From Octopus bimaculoides (Eukaryota): a DNA stretch of 64,000 nucleotides. The position numbers and the translations under genes were made by a program. The stretch is from the NCBI RefSeq assembly GCF_001194135.2, contig NC_068986.1:41260661-41324660 (forward strand). The letters are read 5' to 3'. Position 1 is the first letter of the stretch. Each line of letters opens with the position of its first letter. The notes under the pieces were generated by a model. It had not been told where the DNA came from, made no database searches, and was given only the letters and a program-made list of their open reading frames with translations. Positions 1 to 12,612 of the stretch are shown one piece after another.

Positions 1-629
1 TTTCAACCTCCCCCATTTCACACCTTGTTGATTGGCCACATTTTTCTTTTCTATGATGTGGTGTTGGTACTGATCAGTGTCACAATTCATTATTATAATG
101 CTGCAAATACACTTTCACTGTAATATTAAAAGAAACTTTTCCTTTTATCTTAATCTTTCTCTCTTTCTATGCTACTTTTATTCCTGAACTTGTTATTCTC
201 ATACTAATGACATTCTTCTACCCACATCTTCCATCACAATTCAAATCCATTCTTAGTGTTTTTTAAAATTTTTATATATGTTTATTTTGGATAGAACACT
301 TAATTCTACATTCTTCCAGCCAACTGGCCACTGGAGAACCAGTAGCAGGTCTTCTAGAATAGCTTAAAACTATTTTGTATAGCAATATCTATGTACTTAA
401 AGTGTCAGTTTCTCAACCACATGGTTTCAAATTCAGTCCACACTGTGTGGCATCTTAAGCAAATGTCTACTTTAGTTTCAAGCCAACTGATACTTCATGA
501 GCAAATATTCATAGGCAGAAACTATGTGTACTTGAGTGTTTCTCTTGGCACCAGCATTAGAGAAGTTACAAGGCAATCTTCACTAGTGCCACCAAAAAAA
601 AAAAATACCCATTGCACTTTGTAGAAAGA

Positions 630-750
630 TTAACATTAAGGACATCCAACTGTAAAAACTGTCAAACTTCACATTAGAGCATGACACAGCATTTTGATTC
701 ACTACATCCTGTTGACTGGTTCAACCCATGCCAGAATAGCATGGTGATGA
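630..750 (+). repeat. Decayed SINE/RTE-type 3' tail fragment
   Basis: GGACATCCAACTGTA...CAACCCATGCCAG...TGATGA resembles the tails at 46265-46500 and the reverse-strand tails at 39893 and 60725. Confidence 0.45.
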
Positions 751-985
751 TTTTATAACTATCTATATAGATATTATATATATATTATACAATGATTTTA
801 TATCTATTTATATAAATGAGGATAAAGTCATTATTAAAAATACCGATCTTATCAGGTGACCAGCATGGGAATAAAAACCTCAAAAGGTAATAATTATTAT
901 AAAAATTATAATTAAGGGTATCTAAGAGATACCACCATGCTTGAAATAGCAGCCAAAACTTGACTCTAAAACCACATTTTGTACA

Positions 986-1144
986 TCACAAAATTGTACA
1001 TGTTGAATAAATATGTAAGAAATTTCCTATTAGAAATTCTTCAGACCAAAGAACCAAATAATGCCACTATTATTTGATTCTCTGTCTGAAGAGTTTCTAA
1101 TAAGAAATTTCTTACACATTTATCCAACATGTACAACTTTGTGA
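986..1144. mobile_element. Foldback (palindromic) MITE-like element
   Basis: About 77-bp imperfect inverted arms 986-1062 and 1069-1144 around a 6-nt spacer GCCACT. Confidence 0.75.
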
Positions 1145-1354
1145 TTCCTATTAGCTAATGAAACATATGTAGTGGTGAATAAATAATACCAACAAATTTT
1201 CTGACTTCCTATTTTATATAACTCTGCAAAAAATATTTCCAGAATTTTAAACTCTATTATGTACCTCACATAAATACAATTGCATACTGGATTGTAATAC
1301 TGTTATAAGCAGATGTACATCAAGAAGACACAACTTGGATTTTAACCATCTTAC

Positions 1355-1356
<2 letters not shown>

Positions 1357-1402
<46 letters not shown>
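1357..1402. repeat. (TA)n microsatellite
   Basis: Pure TA run. Confidence 0.95.
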
Positions 1403-1408
<6 letters not shown>

Positions 1409-1670
1409 TCATTAGAATACACATATCTGAATTTAATGCTGAGTTTACCAATAATATATCAACACATTGGGATGTAGTTCCTTGAAGTTCTCACCCTGAC
1501 AAAATGTTCAATTAACTATATTCATTATGAATCTCTAATTTAATTTTTCAAATTTGAATTAATTCAGCATGGAAACAATTGTAGGAACTGTGAGTTTGAT
1601 ATTGTTCAAAATTGGATTTGTTTCAATAACTTTATGTCTGCATATCAATTTCTCCATTTTCTTCTTTTCT

Positions 1671-1710
1671 CTCTCTCTCTCACTCACACACACACACACA
1701 CACACACACA
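1671..1710. repeat. Compound (CT)n(CA)n microsatellite
   Basis: Directly visible. Confidence 0.9.
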
Positions 1711-4639
1711 TTGTGTGCAGCTTGGTGGAAAAAAGTGACCAACAGAATAAGTACCTGAGTCAATTTGATTGATTCAACTCGAGGCAGTATCCCAGTTTGG
1801 CCTTAGTGTAAAGACTGAAATATGCAAAACCAATGGAATAGGTTAAGAGATTACCAGACTGGATATGCTTGTGCTTACAGTTCTTGTGAGCACCAACTCT
1901 GATTTTCATTATTTCAGACTCATTAACCTGAATATGAGTAATATGTACTAGCAATCAATCTAATCAACACTGTAGTGTGTGATTAGCCAAGAGAATTCTT
2001 AAGCCTTGCCTAACAGATGGTTGAGAATAGTTTGTGTGTTTAGGTGTTGAAAAATGTAAAACTTTATTTCTTTCTTAAATCTGGCTATATTATCTCGAAA
2101 ACTATTTTAGATATTTTATTTATTTATTGTTTAGTCTTTCAGATTGGTCATTCATTTGGGTAGTGGTCTAGGAATGCTGATCATTTCTCTGCTTATGCAC
2201 ATGGTATGATTTAAATTGCCCTTAATATTTCAACTGTTGCATTAGTTTCTCTTAAATGGGTTTAATGAATATTGAACATTCATCCTGGAGCCTAAACATG
2301 TTTTATACTGATGTGTTGTATTTAAAATTTGAAGTTCACGTGTTGTTAATTAACATTTGTTATAGAATCTATTTATATTTCCACATATTTATAATTACTT
2401 TTTTTTTTTTTTTGTAGAAAAAAATAATTTGTGAGTGTTAAGTTGATGGAATTATAATTTGCAGACAAATTATTTTATCAAATCTACATATATGAAAAAT
2501 TCTTTTTTTTTTTTGTTTAAATTTTGTATTTTGCCTTTTTTTTCTTTTTATTCTCTTAATATCAACACTTTAGAGTTGTTGACGAGCTTAGTAAAAATCA
2601 TTTATTTTATGTAGTGGCCAAAATAGTCTTTCTGTAAAAATTTTGGTGTCAGTTGGTGAAATCTGACAATTGCTTTCAGTCTGTAACTACAAGCTTAGAT
2701 ATCCTGTTTAGATTGATGTTGGTCATGGAATTTATTAATGTGGAATTTTTATGTACTTTTTCTGTTTTATTTTGTTTTTTTAATTTCACACTTCATCAAG
2801 AAACTGCTTGCTTTGGGTTAATTTCAAGGATAAGTTGAGATAGGAATGTATAAGTTAGGAATCAGCCCTTCATTGAAATAGATGCAGCCATGTCTGTATG
2901 TCTCTCTTGTTGCTTTGCAACTCTGTTGTTTGTGGTTCAATAGCACTGCAATACACCTTAGGCCAATGTCTTGTATAACCTTGGGTTGTGGAATTTGATA
3001 AACAGAAACTATGCGATAACCTATTTTATTGGTGAAGGATATAAATAACAAGAAAACTGAAAAACCAACTGTTTGAGTGAAGTCCATTGCAATATTTGAT
3101 CTACACTCCTTTACAGACACTCCCTTGTCACACTTGTTGTTAGGAATACAGTGAACAACTGATCAGCCCATTGAAAACTTTTAATCAGTTATACTGTTGT
3201 TCAGTTGTGTTATGTATAAATTAAATAAACCGACATAAGTCATCTAAAGCTTTGGTCAAAACAAATCAAACAATGAAGTAATGTTCTAGCTTAATTTTTA
3301 GTAGTATATACTTATATATATATATATATAAAGGTTTGGCGATGCAAACAGGAAAAATACAACTCTAAACAAGAGAGTATATTTTAATACTTAGCAAAAG
3401 CAACTGAGTGATTCAAGAACCAAAGGTTTTGTGTTAAATAAGTACCAACACACGAACCTCTTCTCCCTTGTGTCACTGTTACTTCTGCCAAAATTTGATA
3501 ATAACAAATGTGTGTGTGTGTGTGTGTGTATAATGTTGGTTCATTTGTTAGAGAGGAATGTAGAGTACTTATTTATTTGACTTGATGGCAACTATGAGTT
3601 TGTTGTATACCATATAGTATGTTTAATAATTTTCTTTCTTTAGGCTTGCTTTTTCTCTTTCTCTGCCATTTATACTTACGAATTTCTGCTCTATCAACAA
3701 TGTAGTTATGTGCTTACAAGTATATACCATGCATTAAATGTGGTAGTACTGTTAGTTAGGGCTGTTTTGCAAACACTACATCAGTACAATGATAGTGCCA
3801 TTCACAAACAGTGTGCACATATTAAACAACATATTCATACAAATGCATCATCTGTTAAAAAACTAGAGTTGTCCTAACCAAGACAGTCACAGCTTTAAGT
3901 GGCAGCTTGGAATATTGGAAATTTGAGGATTAAAAAGGCAAAATTAAATCCCCCATTTCACTCCATCAGCAAGAAGCGAGAGTTTTACAACACTAATAAA
4001 ATACTACTAATCCATTCTTGTTACACCAACATCTCGGTTAATCAAAATGAAGCCTAGTTTCCATTTTCTGCTGATGAACACTTTAAAAGCAGAAATATTG
4101 TACCATAGGGAAAAAGTGTGAAGCTTTATTTCTTTTAGGTCTTCTTATTACTTGTTTAGTTCCAACTTGCATTGTCATGGTTTTCTCAAACACTTCTAAT
4201 TACACATAGATATAAATGTTACCATGTGTATCCCAGTTTTAGAATAAGTACAATATGTCACATCCTATGTCATAAAGGTTGATGACAAATGATGCCTGGC
4301 CCTAAAACATTGCTTCAGAAACCTACTTGACCACAGATAGGTGAACATGTAACACTGTTGCTGTATATTCATACATATTCGTGCACACATACTTGCATGC
4401 ATGCACACTCACACAAAGTGACATGGTTTGCTTTGATGTTCTGATTAGTGTTTCAGATGTTAGTTTTCAATTGGTCACACACCTCTCTACCAACATAGCT
4501 CTGCAGCGAGATCATTTTCTTCATATTTTGATGAACTATAAATTTGGTAGTATCATGAAGAGTAATCATTTCTTACATTGACCCAAGGCTGCTAATTTGT
4601 AGTCGATTGAATTCATTTCTGCATATGTCTGGTGTAATT

Positions 4640-4882
4640 TTCAATCCTTTTTGATTTCAACTCACCTAAAACTGTTTTTAGTTCTATGATATAAACTTCT
4701 TGTTTCAAAGTTATCTAAATTAAAACCTTCCACCAAAATTTCATGTTAATTTGTGTACTAGACACCAACTTAATTATTCATGACAAAGTTATTTTACTAA
4801 TTTCATTATTTGCTGAAAAAAACTGAAAGAATGGTAGTGTATTCCTAGAGAAATATATTGAAGTAAAAAAGAGAGGGTTAAC
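4640..4882 (-). mobile_element. piggyBac-type MITE, family B, decayed
   Basis: Reverse-complement similarity to 50992-51221 (TAAATTAAAACCTTCCACCAAAATTTCATGTTAATTT); ends AGGGTTAA. Confidence 0.6.
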
Positions 4883-4924
4883 AATTAGTGAAGGTTGAAA
4901 AATAAAGTCAACCACACAGGGCAA

Positions 4925-5102
4925 AATGATTAGTGGCATTTTGTCCACTTTTATATTCCAAGTTCAAATTCCACTGAGGTTTGCTTTGTCTTTCAACCTT
5001 TCAGTGTTGATAAAATTACTGCAGGAGCACTGGGATCGACTTAATCAACTTATTCCCACCTCTGAAATTGCTGGCCTTGTGCCAAGATTTGAAACCAATA
5101 TT
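4925..5102 (+). mobile_element. SINE family C (tRNA-like head, GTTCAAATTCC B-box-like motif)
   Basis: Matches copies at 33062-33675, 34612-34890 and 63205-63405; ends GGCCTTGTGCCAAGATTTGAAACC. Confidence 0.7.
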
Positions 5103-5368
5103 ATGTAAATATGTAGGGCATAAAATTTACTGTTTTACTGTTGGTGCCATTATGGCAGGTTTTTTTTTAATATTTGATTAGAACAAGGAATTTCTTTTTC
5201 TCTTTTAAGAAGCTTTCACTTCATTATTGTTTTAAAATTCAGTTATTATGAAAAGTTATTACATCTCTTTGCATTTTCTTACTCTTCAGATATTCTGTTA
5301 ATTGTGGTCGTCTTCACTGTTGTTGACATATTTTGTTATCTCTTGCTCTCTTTCTTCCTATCTCTGAC

Positions 5369-5516
5369 TAAAATGGGGAAGGCTGATGTATGGGATTACC
5401 TTGGGTTTCCCAGTCCATAAAGGGTTTAACTTTATGGTGTATCATCAGATCCCAAAAACCCGTTGGCCCATGACTTCTTAGAAATTAATCTCATAAACCA
5501 GCCTTCCCCATTTTTA
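5369..5516. mobile_element. MITE with about 28-bp TIRs and TA flanks (Tc1/mariner-like)
   Basis: AAAATGGGGAAGGCTG (5370-5385) is the perfect reverse complement of CAGCCTTCCCCATTTT (5499-5514); the arms extend inward imperfectly; TA on both sides. Confidence 0.75.
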
Positions 5517-5671
5517 TTATATATTGCTCTACATCTTAGAGTGTGCTTCTTCTTTTGAATTTGTTTTTAACAAACAATATAATATAATATCGTAATTTGA
5601 ATTTAACATATGATAGCATCTCATAAAGCGAGATTTCTATACATCTTAAATTTGCAGAAAAACTTGTGGCT

Positions 5672-5748
5672 GGGCAGTTTAGCTTAAATGGTCGAGAGCA
5701 CCACGACCTGTAATCACGGAGGTCTGAGTTAGTGTCTCATGGCTGGCC
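5672..5748 (+). pseudogene. tRNA-like sequence (Thr, anticodon TGT), degenerate
   Basis: Acceptor stem GGGCAGT/GCTGGCC (6 of 7 pairs), D-stem GCTT/GAGC with GG in the loop, loop CCTGTAA, variable region AGGTC, T-stem TGAG/CTCA; anticodon stem and T-loop are damaged. Confidence 0.55.
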
Positions 5749-6029
5749 GCCCACACTTTTTTCTGCAAAATAGGGGTAGTTTATCCTGTTCAGGCTATAT
5801 TAATTAACATTATCCTGCGTTTGAGAATTTAAAATCACTTCTTTAACTTTCTAAGACATCTCAACGCTTCTAAAAGCAAGCTTCGTTTGTTTGTTNNNNN
5901 NNNNNATATATATATACACACTTACTCTCTCCCACATTCACATTGAATATCCCCCTCACATGCACATCTATTTGTTTACTTATTTATCTATTATTGCATG
6001 GTATCTTGAACAAATACCTTATGCTACAT

Positions 6030-6325
6030 CCCTGGGCCAGTCAATGCATTCTGAGTAAGTTTGAAAGGAAACTAAATGGAAGCCTGTTGTGTGTATATAT
6101 ATATTTAGAGTTTGTGTGTGTCTGTTTGTACCCCATTGCTTCTACTTGACAGCTAGTTTTTTTTGTTTTTGTCACCATAACTTAGCAGTTCAACAAAAGA
6201 GGCAATAGAATAAGTACCAGACTTCAAAAATAAGTACAGGGTTCTAGTTTGTTTGACTACGAATTTTTCATGGCAGTGCTCTAGCATGACCACAGACCAA
6301 TGATTGAAACAAGCAAATAATAAAT
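6030..6325 (+). mobile_element. SINE family A, 5'-truncated and decayed
   Basis: TTAGCAGTTCAACAAAAGAGGCAATAGAATAAGTAC...GATTGAAACAAG is the reverse complement of the tail at 17709 and 38329. Confidence 0.7.
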
Positions 6326-8256
6326 GTTGATTACATGTGTGCACCCACACACACACACACCAGTGTAGTATCGGCCAAAACTGATGGGGCTTATTTGTGA
6401 CTATTTCCAATCATTCTTTTTTTTTGTTCATTGCTTTGATTCTATTTCTGTTCTTGTTTCACTCTGCTTTCAAGTTTTTTTTTTCTTTTTACTTTTCTCT
6501 TGCTTTCCTTTCTTCTTGTACTTCTCGTTTCCCAACAATTCTACGTTTCTCCTATTCACATCAACCATTGACTCTAGGTGATAATCTTCAGCTTCTGTTT
6601 TTTGCAATTCAGTCATGTATTTTTATTTTTGTGCCTGAGAGTTCCTTCGTCAGTATGACTTTGCAGTTACCTGTTGTATACATGAAAAGTCAGCTCTCCA
6701 TTTACTTACCTTCATGTTCTTACTCCCTTACTCTCATTTCATTTTTCACTGACTCATACCTCATTATATGTTTTCTTATTCACCTTCACTCTTTCTCCCA
6801 TGTATACATCTATGTATATGTGAATGTGTAGGAAAAGTGTGATAAACGCAAGCTCAGCTTATACTTTTTGTTCCCTGTGCACATTTTTCCATTATTGTTA
6901 TTTTATTGTATTACTTCTCTAATTCTTCCTTCCTCACTATTGCAGAGTTAGATAAGTTTTAGCAATTGTTAGTCTCCACAGAAAAGGCTGCCATAATTTT
7001 AGTGTAAGCAGGTTAGGTCTGACTAAACAAGGAAGAAAAATAAATTTCATATATAAATGGGAAATTTCATATATATATTGAAAGCCAGTGGGAGCAAAAG
7101 CAGTGGACGGTTTGAAATAAAGTAATTGAATGTTTGGTTTAGAGAGTGAAATGACAGATAGATTACATTCACAAAGATATTGTATATAAAGACAAGGTAT
7201 TTATACATCTGTACTTTCACTGTTGGTAAATATGTGTAGATTTTTCTGTGGTACAGAATGTCATAGAAACAAAACAAGACTCCAAGAATATATATGCCAG
7301 TTGTTTTATTCAGTTAATGCTGCCCTTAGTAATAATGGATTTGTAAGCAGTTTCTGTATGGACAGTTAAAGAGGGTACTGAGATACTTATGAAATCCCAG
7401 CATGGGTTTGAAACTAGTCCAGCTAATCCTTCTTTACTTGATCATGAAGTTGCCAGTCACAGAGATTCTATAGACATACATTGTTAGCAATAAAATCTAC
7501 CACTATATTCTTTAGTGCAGTTTAGCATTGAAATGAGATAGAAACCTAGTTGCTGTTCCAGATCTAGGTTTAGAAGTAAAGTTAATAATTTGGTATGGTA
7601 TTTGTTGAACGATATTGTTGTGCCTCTCTCTTGTTCACTCATTTATAGATATGATGCTGTTATTGAAAACTGCCCAGCTTCATTTTTGTTTTTGAAATAT
7701 AATGTGGATTTTCTTGTAACATTCATTATCATCATAATCATCATTGTACATGTGCTTTACATACTGTCATGGGTTGGATGGGTTGTCATAATCTGAGTAA
7801 TTTCTTATTTAAAGTTACAGTTATGTCTCATACTTTTCATTTTTGTCATGATTTTTATAGCTGAGTGTCCTTCCTAACACCAATCACTCTACAACATGTA
7901 TTTGGTGTATTTTATCATTGTAGAAGCATGAGAGAAAGAAAGAAGTTTACCTTGTCCACTCTAAGAGTAAATAGTCCTCTCTACTATTGTTTCTGTCTTT
8001 TCAAGGCAAATGCAACAAAAATACTAGATAGAAAATTGCAAAAACTTTGATGGGGGGAAGCTGTTAAAGGTGGCTGATGAGCAGAAAGCGTGAGTGATTG
8101 ATAGCAGCAGAGATCAATGATATTAAGTGAAAGTGATAGAATTGTATGGGGTGAGGAAGGAGAAAAAGGGTGATGGAGAGTGCCATTCCTCCATAGGTGG
8201 GTGGCAAACAGCGAATAGGAGAGTGAGTTATAAATGAGAAGGTAGTGAGAAGTAAC

Positions 8257-8532
8257 TTAACCCTTTAGTGTTCACATTATTCTGCCATAATTAATGCTTT
8301 TTTATCCACATTGTTTTGAACTAATCATGCATTATCTTGTAGCTATGAGATTTTGATGAGGTAGCTGTTAATCTTTAAAATGTTATTGTNNNNNNNNNNT
8401 TGATGAGGTAGCTGTTAATCTTTAAAATGTTATTGTAGGGTTGGTGTGAAAGATTAGATCTGGTCAGTTTGAACATAGAATAGGCAGAATACTTTTGGCC
8501 GGATATGGCCGGTTTAAATGCTAAAGGGTTAA
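8257..8532. mobile_element. piggyBac-type MITE, family A
   Basis: TTAA-CCCTTTAG...CTAAAGGG-TTAA; TTAA target duplication and CCCT termini are piggyBac hallmarks; contains a 10-N gap. Confidence 0.8.
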
Positions 8533-9832
8533 CAGGAATATAATGGGTGACAGACCCAACACAGATCTGTTATACATCCTTACTCCACCAGAAGACAGTA
8601 AATTCAGAGTAGTTAATAACATTTGTTGTGGCTTCATGAATGTTTCAAGACTGTGGATTTACTGTTAGTTGTACTTCACCTTTTACTAATCTAGTCCTTC
8701 AAATAGTTTATTGCGTAATTTATTCTGTGGTGTTGATTTCATTGACATATTTTCAATTTCACTACTTCAAATTTAAGAAGTACCTTAGTTCTAAAATGAT
8801 TTATACTCCCTCATTCTTTCTCTCTCTCTCTTCCTCCTTTCTCTCTCTCTTTCCCTTTTACCCACTACTTCTTCCATTGTGTTTCTTTACTCTTTAGTTC
8901 TCTCTTCTTACAGCCTATGTCTCTTATCACTCATTCTTCTTACTCCCTATCCCCCTCACTTTATCTCTCTTACTATTTATATCTTTACTCTTTGTCTTTC
9001 TCTCAATCTTACTGTTTATATTTCTCTCTCTCCCTTCTGCTCTTCTTTCTCTCCTTTTTACTCATCTGTTCCTCCTTCATATAAATGGATCAGATATAAT
9101 TAGTTACATTCAGTAACTTTAATACAGATTTTAAAATATCAATCTCTCAGATATATTCTGTAAATATCTTTCTCTTTCTTTCTTTCATCCTTAAGTGCTA
9201 ATTAACTGTGAAACATGTTATGATACACAACCAGGTTTAATGTAGCCATAATACTTTTGCAAATACATTTTTAAAAACTCAGCAAGACAAATAAAACAGA
9301 ATTTCTCCTATTTTTAATTAAAAACCAAACACTATTTAAAACATATACAAAAAAGAAATCTACCCATCCACCCATTCACCTTACATATGATGAAATATAA
9401 AAAAATCACTTCGTATTAAGCAAAATTTTTTCACTATTCCCTCCCTACAAAATAATGGGAAGATAGTAGTAAAAGCATGAAGTATTTTTAGTTATATGAA
9501 CTTACATTGCTTAATTATTTTTCCATAATGAATTCACTTGTATTTTTTTAGGTTATTTTATTCCATATCACCTCAGGGAATAAGTTGGGAGCAAGTTCTA
9601 CATCTATCCTTTGAAGCAGCTCAAGGAATAATTTAAGTACACTAAATGTCTCATGAACATGTACTTTACAAACAAGGGTAAGATTGCTAAGGAATATTTT
9701 TTTCTGTCCCTAGGCCCATCAAAGTTAATTATGTGTAGATTTCAAAACCTGAGTATTTTATACACACACATTCATACACATACATGCAGATATATACATA
9801 CTTATGTACACATGCACATACACACCCATACA

Positions 9833-11490
9833 CAAACAATGGAAAGTAGTTCTGACAAAATCGTAGAGGTGCTGGAACAGAGGCAAATGTGTGTTGTGTA
9901 CAAGAGGTACCATGTGCCTCAGCCAGATTCTTCATGGGCAAAGAGCACAAGTAGAAATTCTTTTGGGCATATAACAGTGCCTGGGGTTAGTGGTAGGTAG
10001 AATAGGCATTTTGTTGGTTGAGAAATGGATAAAGCAATTGAACTAGTCAGAGTACATGACCCTGTACCTAAGATGACAGCAATAGTTTTTTTTTATGTAT
10101 ATGTTTTACAATTAGGATTGATAGAAGAGCAAAAGAACTGTTTCTATGACACCCTATTGCAAACTGGCCTGGTAACAAATGACAGTGATCTTGTCATAGT
10201 GACTTTAATAGACATGTTGGACAACACTATGATGGCTGCTCCATCATGCATGGAATCTGTTGATGCAACACAAGGAATGAAATAGGATCTGTCACAAACT
10301 AACGCTAACTCCAGTAAATTAGCTTGCCACCAAACAAGCAAATGTGCAAGCCTGAGTGATTCCATACTCACTTGGAAACGGGCTAAGTGACCAGATGTAT
10401 ATACCAAGTCCTTTCCTAATGAACAATACTTATCATTCATTTACTTTGAGAGGACATTACACACGGTGTGTAATGTGGAAATTGCTAAGAAAGCTAGGAG
10501 TAGATGAATGACTTGTGAAAGTCATGCAAGCCATTTTGAAAGATGCCATCAGTAAAGTGAAAGTAAGCAATGAATACTGGTTGTCTATAGTGAGCCCTGC
10601 ATGCCAATGACCTAAATCTCATTGCTGAATCCTCTGAGAAGAACATGGATGCAAGAGCCTATAATCAAGAAGTCTAAAACCTATCAAAACTTTTAGTTAA
10701 CAGAAAAGGAGACAGGTTCCTAGTTCCATCAAGTATATGATTATGTTCTATATACAGAAAAGGAATTGTTTGAAATTTCTTGTGTACCAAATGTAAGCTG
10801 TGGGTGCATAAAAGATGCAGTAGCAAGCAGGTTGACAGAGTAGAAATATTTTGTATGTAGTAAATACATGGTAGTAGTTAGCACTATAAGAGTTCAGATG
10901 GCTCCCAAGAAGTAAATAGTTTTTGTTACTTAGGTGATCTAATCAGCAGTAGATGTGTTGCAAATGCATAGTAGCTGTAGTAATGATAAGGTGGGAAAAA
11001 TTCCAGGTTGCTATTTTATCAGCAACACAAGGACTTTCCTGCCAAATGAAGAGTAGCTTATATGATTCTTGTGTTCAAAGTGTGATGCTGAATGGTAATA
11101 AAACATGGGCATTGAATATGAAGGATGTACGAAAGATTGGGAAGAAAAGAATGAAGTGAGCATGTTCTACTGGATGAAAAGTGATGTGCATGAATGGCAG
11201 TACAAATAAGTTGGGAGTAAAAGACTGAGTATAAGTAGAACCAGATGCAATGTGCAATACTGTGGACTGTGTTGGTACTAATTTGTTTGTGGGATGACAA
11301 TTGAGTAAAAAGGTCAAATACTCTGAATGTAAGGAACTTGTAGAAGAAAAAGGCCGAAGAGATATAAAAGCTAATCTAAATGGGATGAGCCTCACAAAGG
11401 AAATAAAGGGCTACAAGAAACGGTAAACTGTTGTGCTAAAGAAACTTTGTTAAATCCATGTAAACAGAAAAGCAGACATAAAATGATGAT
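9833..11490 (+). mobile_element. RTE-clade LINE remnant with internal deletions
   Basis: Broken frames give endonuclease-like LGLIEEQKNCFYDTLLQT, RT-like MWKLLRKLGVDE*LVKVMQA and ALHANDLNLIAES (YADD motif), post-RT CTKCKLWVHKRC and LYDSCVQSVMLNGNKTW; ends ATGATGAT. Confidence 0.85.
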
Positions 11491-12573
11491 ACGTCCTCCT
11501 AAACATACATTCATACTTACATGCACATAAACACACAGACAGACATATATGCATATACATACTCAAAACAAAGAAAAAATAAGTAAGCTATTTGAGATTA
11601 TGGAATCTGTTTTAGAATCAATTTTGCCACCAATAATATGATACTTTTATTTTAATATATTCATTTTATTAAATTATTTTTATTTTTAACCCAATACATT
11701 TGCTCTGTAGTACTAATGTGTGTGTGTGTATGCATGTATAAGTGTAATAATATATTGTTATATCTGAGAACTGGAATTAATTACCTAGAGTATTGTTTCT
11801 CATTAGTCGATAATTACAAATACATATGAACATATACATACGCATTTTCACACATGCATACTACAAGTAATTCATATGCAAACACACATTTTCGCACATG
11901 CTTGTTTTATAATCATATGTGTACTCACTGTCTTGCACATAACACACATTTGTTTTCTTGTGCACACTGAAACTAACACTCAGACTAATATAGATCTTCT
12001 CATTTAGCTAGCTACACCTACTTACCTCTAATTTCACCTCTCTCTTTCTATCTCTCTAACACTTTTTCTGATCCCCTCTTCTCAGAATATCATACCCTAT
12101 GGAATTCACTCTCTGCCTGTGTTTTTCCTGCTGATGTTGATTTATAGATTTTTAAGCTGAATTCAAATGTATTAATTTCTCCAATCTTGGAAGGCTTGTA
12201 AAAGGCAATGCCAACTTCTCCTTCCACCTTGCTAAATCATTAAAAAATCGGTTATATAAATGTGCACATTTGAACATGCATAGACACACAAATTTACTGA
12301 ACAAATCACAGTTGAAAAATACTCTGGAATTTATAAAGAAAGAACAGTTCTTGCACAAGCTAGGTCAATTGTTATCAATTCTTCCCATAATTTTCAATTG
12401 CTTTGTTTTAAAATTTTGTAATGTCATAATCCTATGCATAGATATTAGTCAGCTAGCTTTTTATTCTCTTATTGGCCACTAGCTATCAGATTGACTCCAG
12501 CAGCTGTACTTGACAGTCAGTTTATTAATAATTCTATGATACCTTTGGCAAAGCCCATGCTTTTTGCTGCATG

Positions 12574-12612
12574 ACACCTGATGAGAACTGATAGTTTGAA
12601 ACCAGTAGTCTT
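12574..12612 (+). ncRNA. Minimal type-I hammerhead ribozyme-like motif
   Basis: CTGATGA-GAAC-TGATA-GTTT-GAAA-C-CA-GTA; stem I GACAC/GTCTT has one mismatch. Confidence 0.5.

Noticed and set aside
1568-1589. 22-nt microexon-like signal (TTCAG|...|GTGAGT); similar cases at 2418-2430, 12877-12896 and 54765-54786
   Set aside because: Such short AG/GT pairs are expected by chance in T-rich DNA; I could not chain them into a recognisable protein
2143-2163. IGHSFG, resembling a GxSxG hydrolase motif
   Set aside because: Immediately followed by TAG; no usable donor and no other hydrolase motifs
8353-8436. 37-bp exact direct repeat on both sides of a 10-N gap
   Set aside because: Typical unmerged contig overlap; the related MITE copy at 24385 has the segment once
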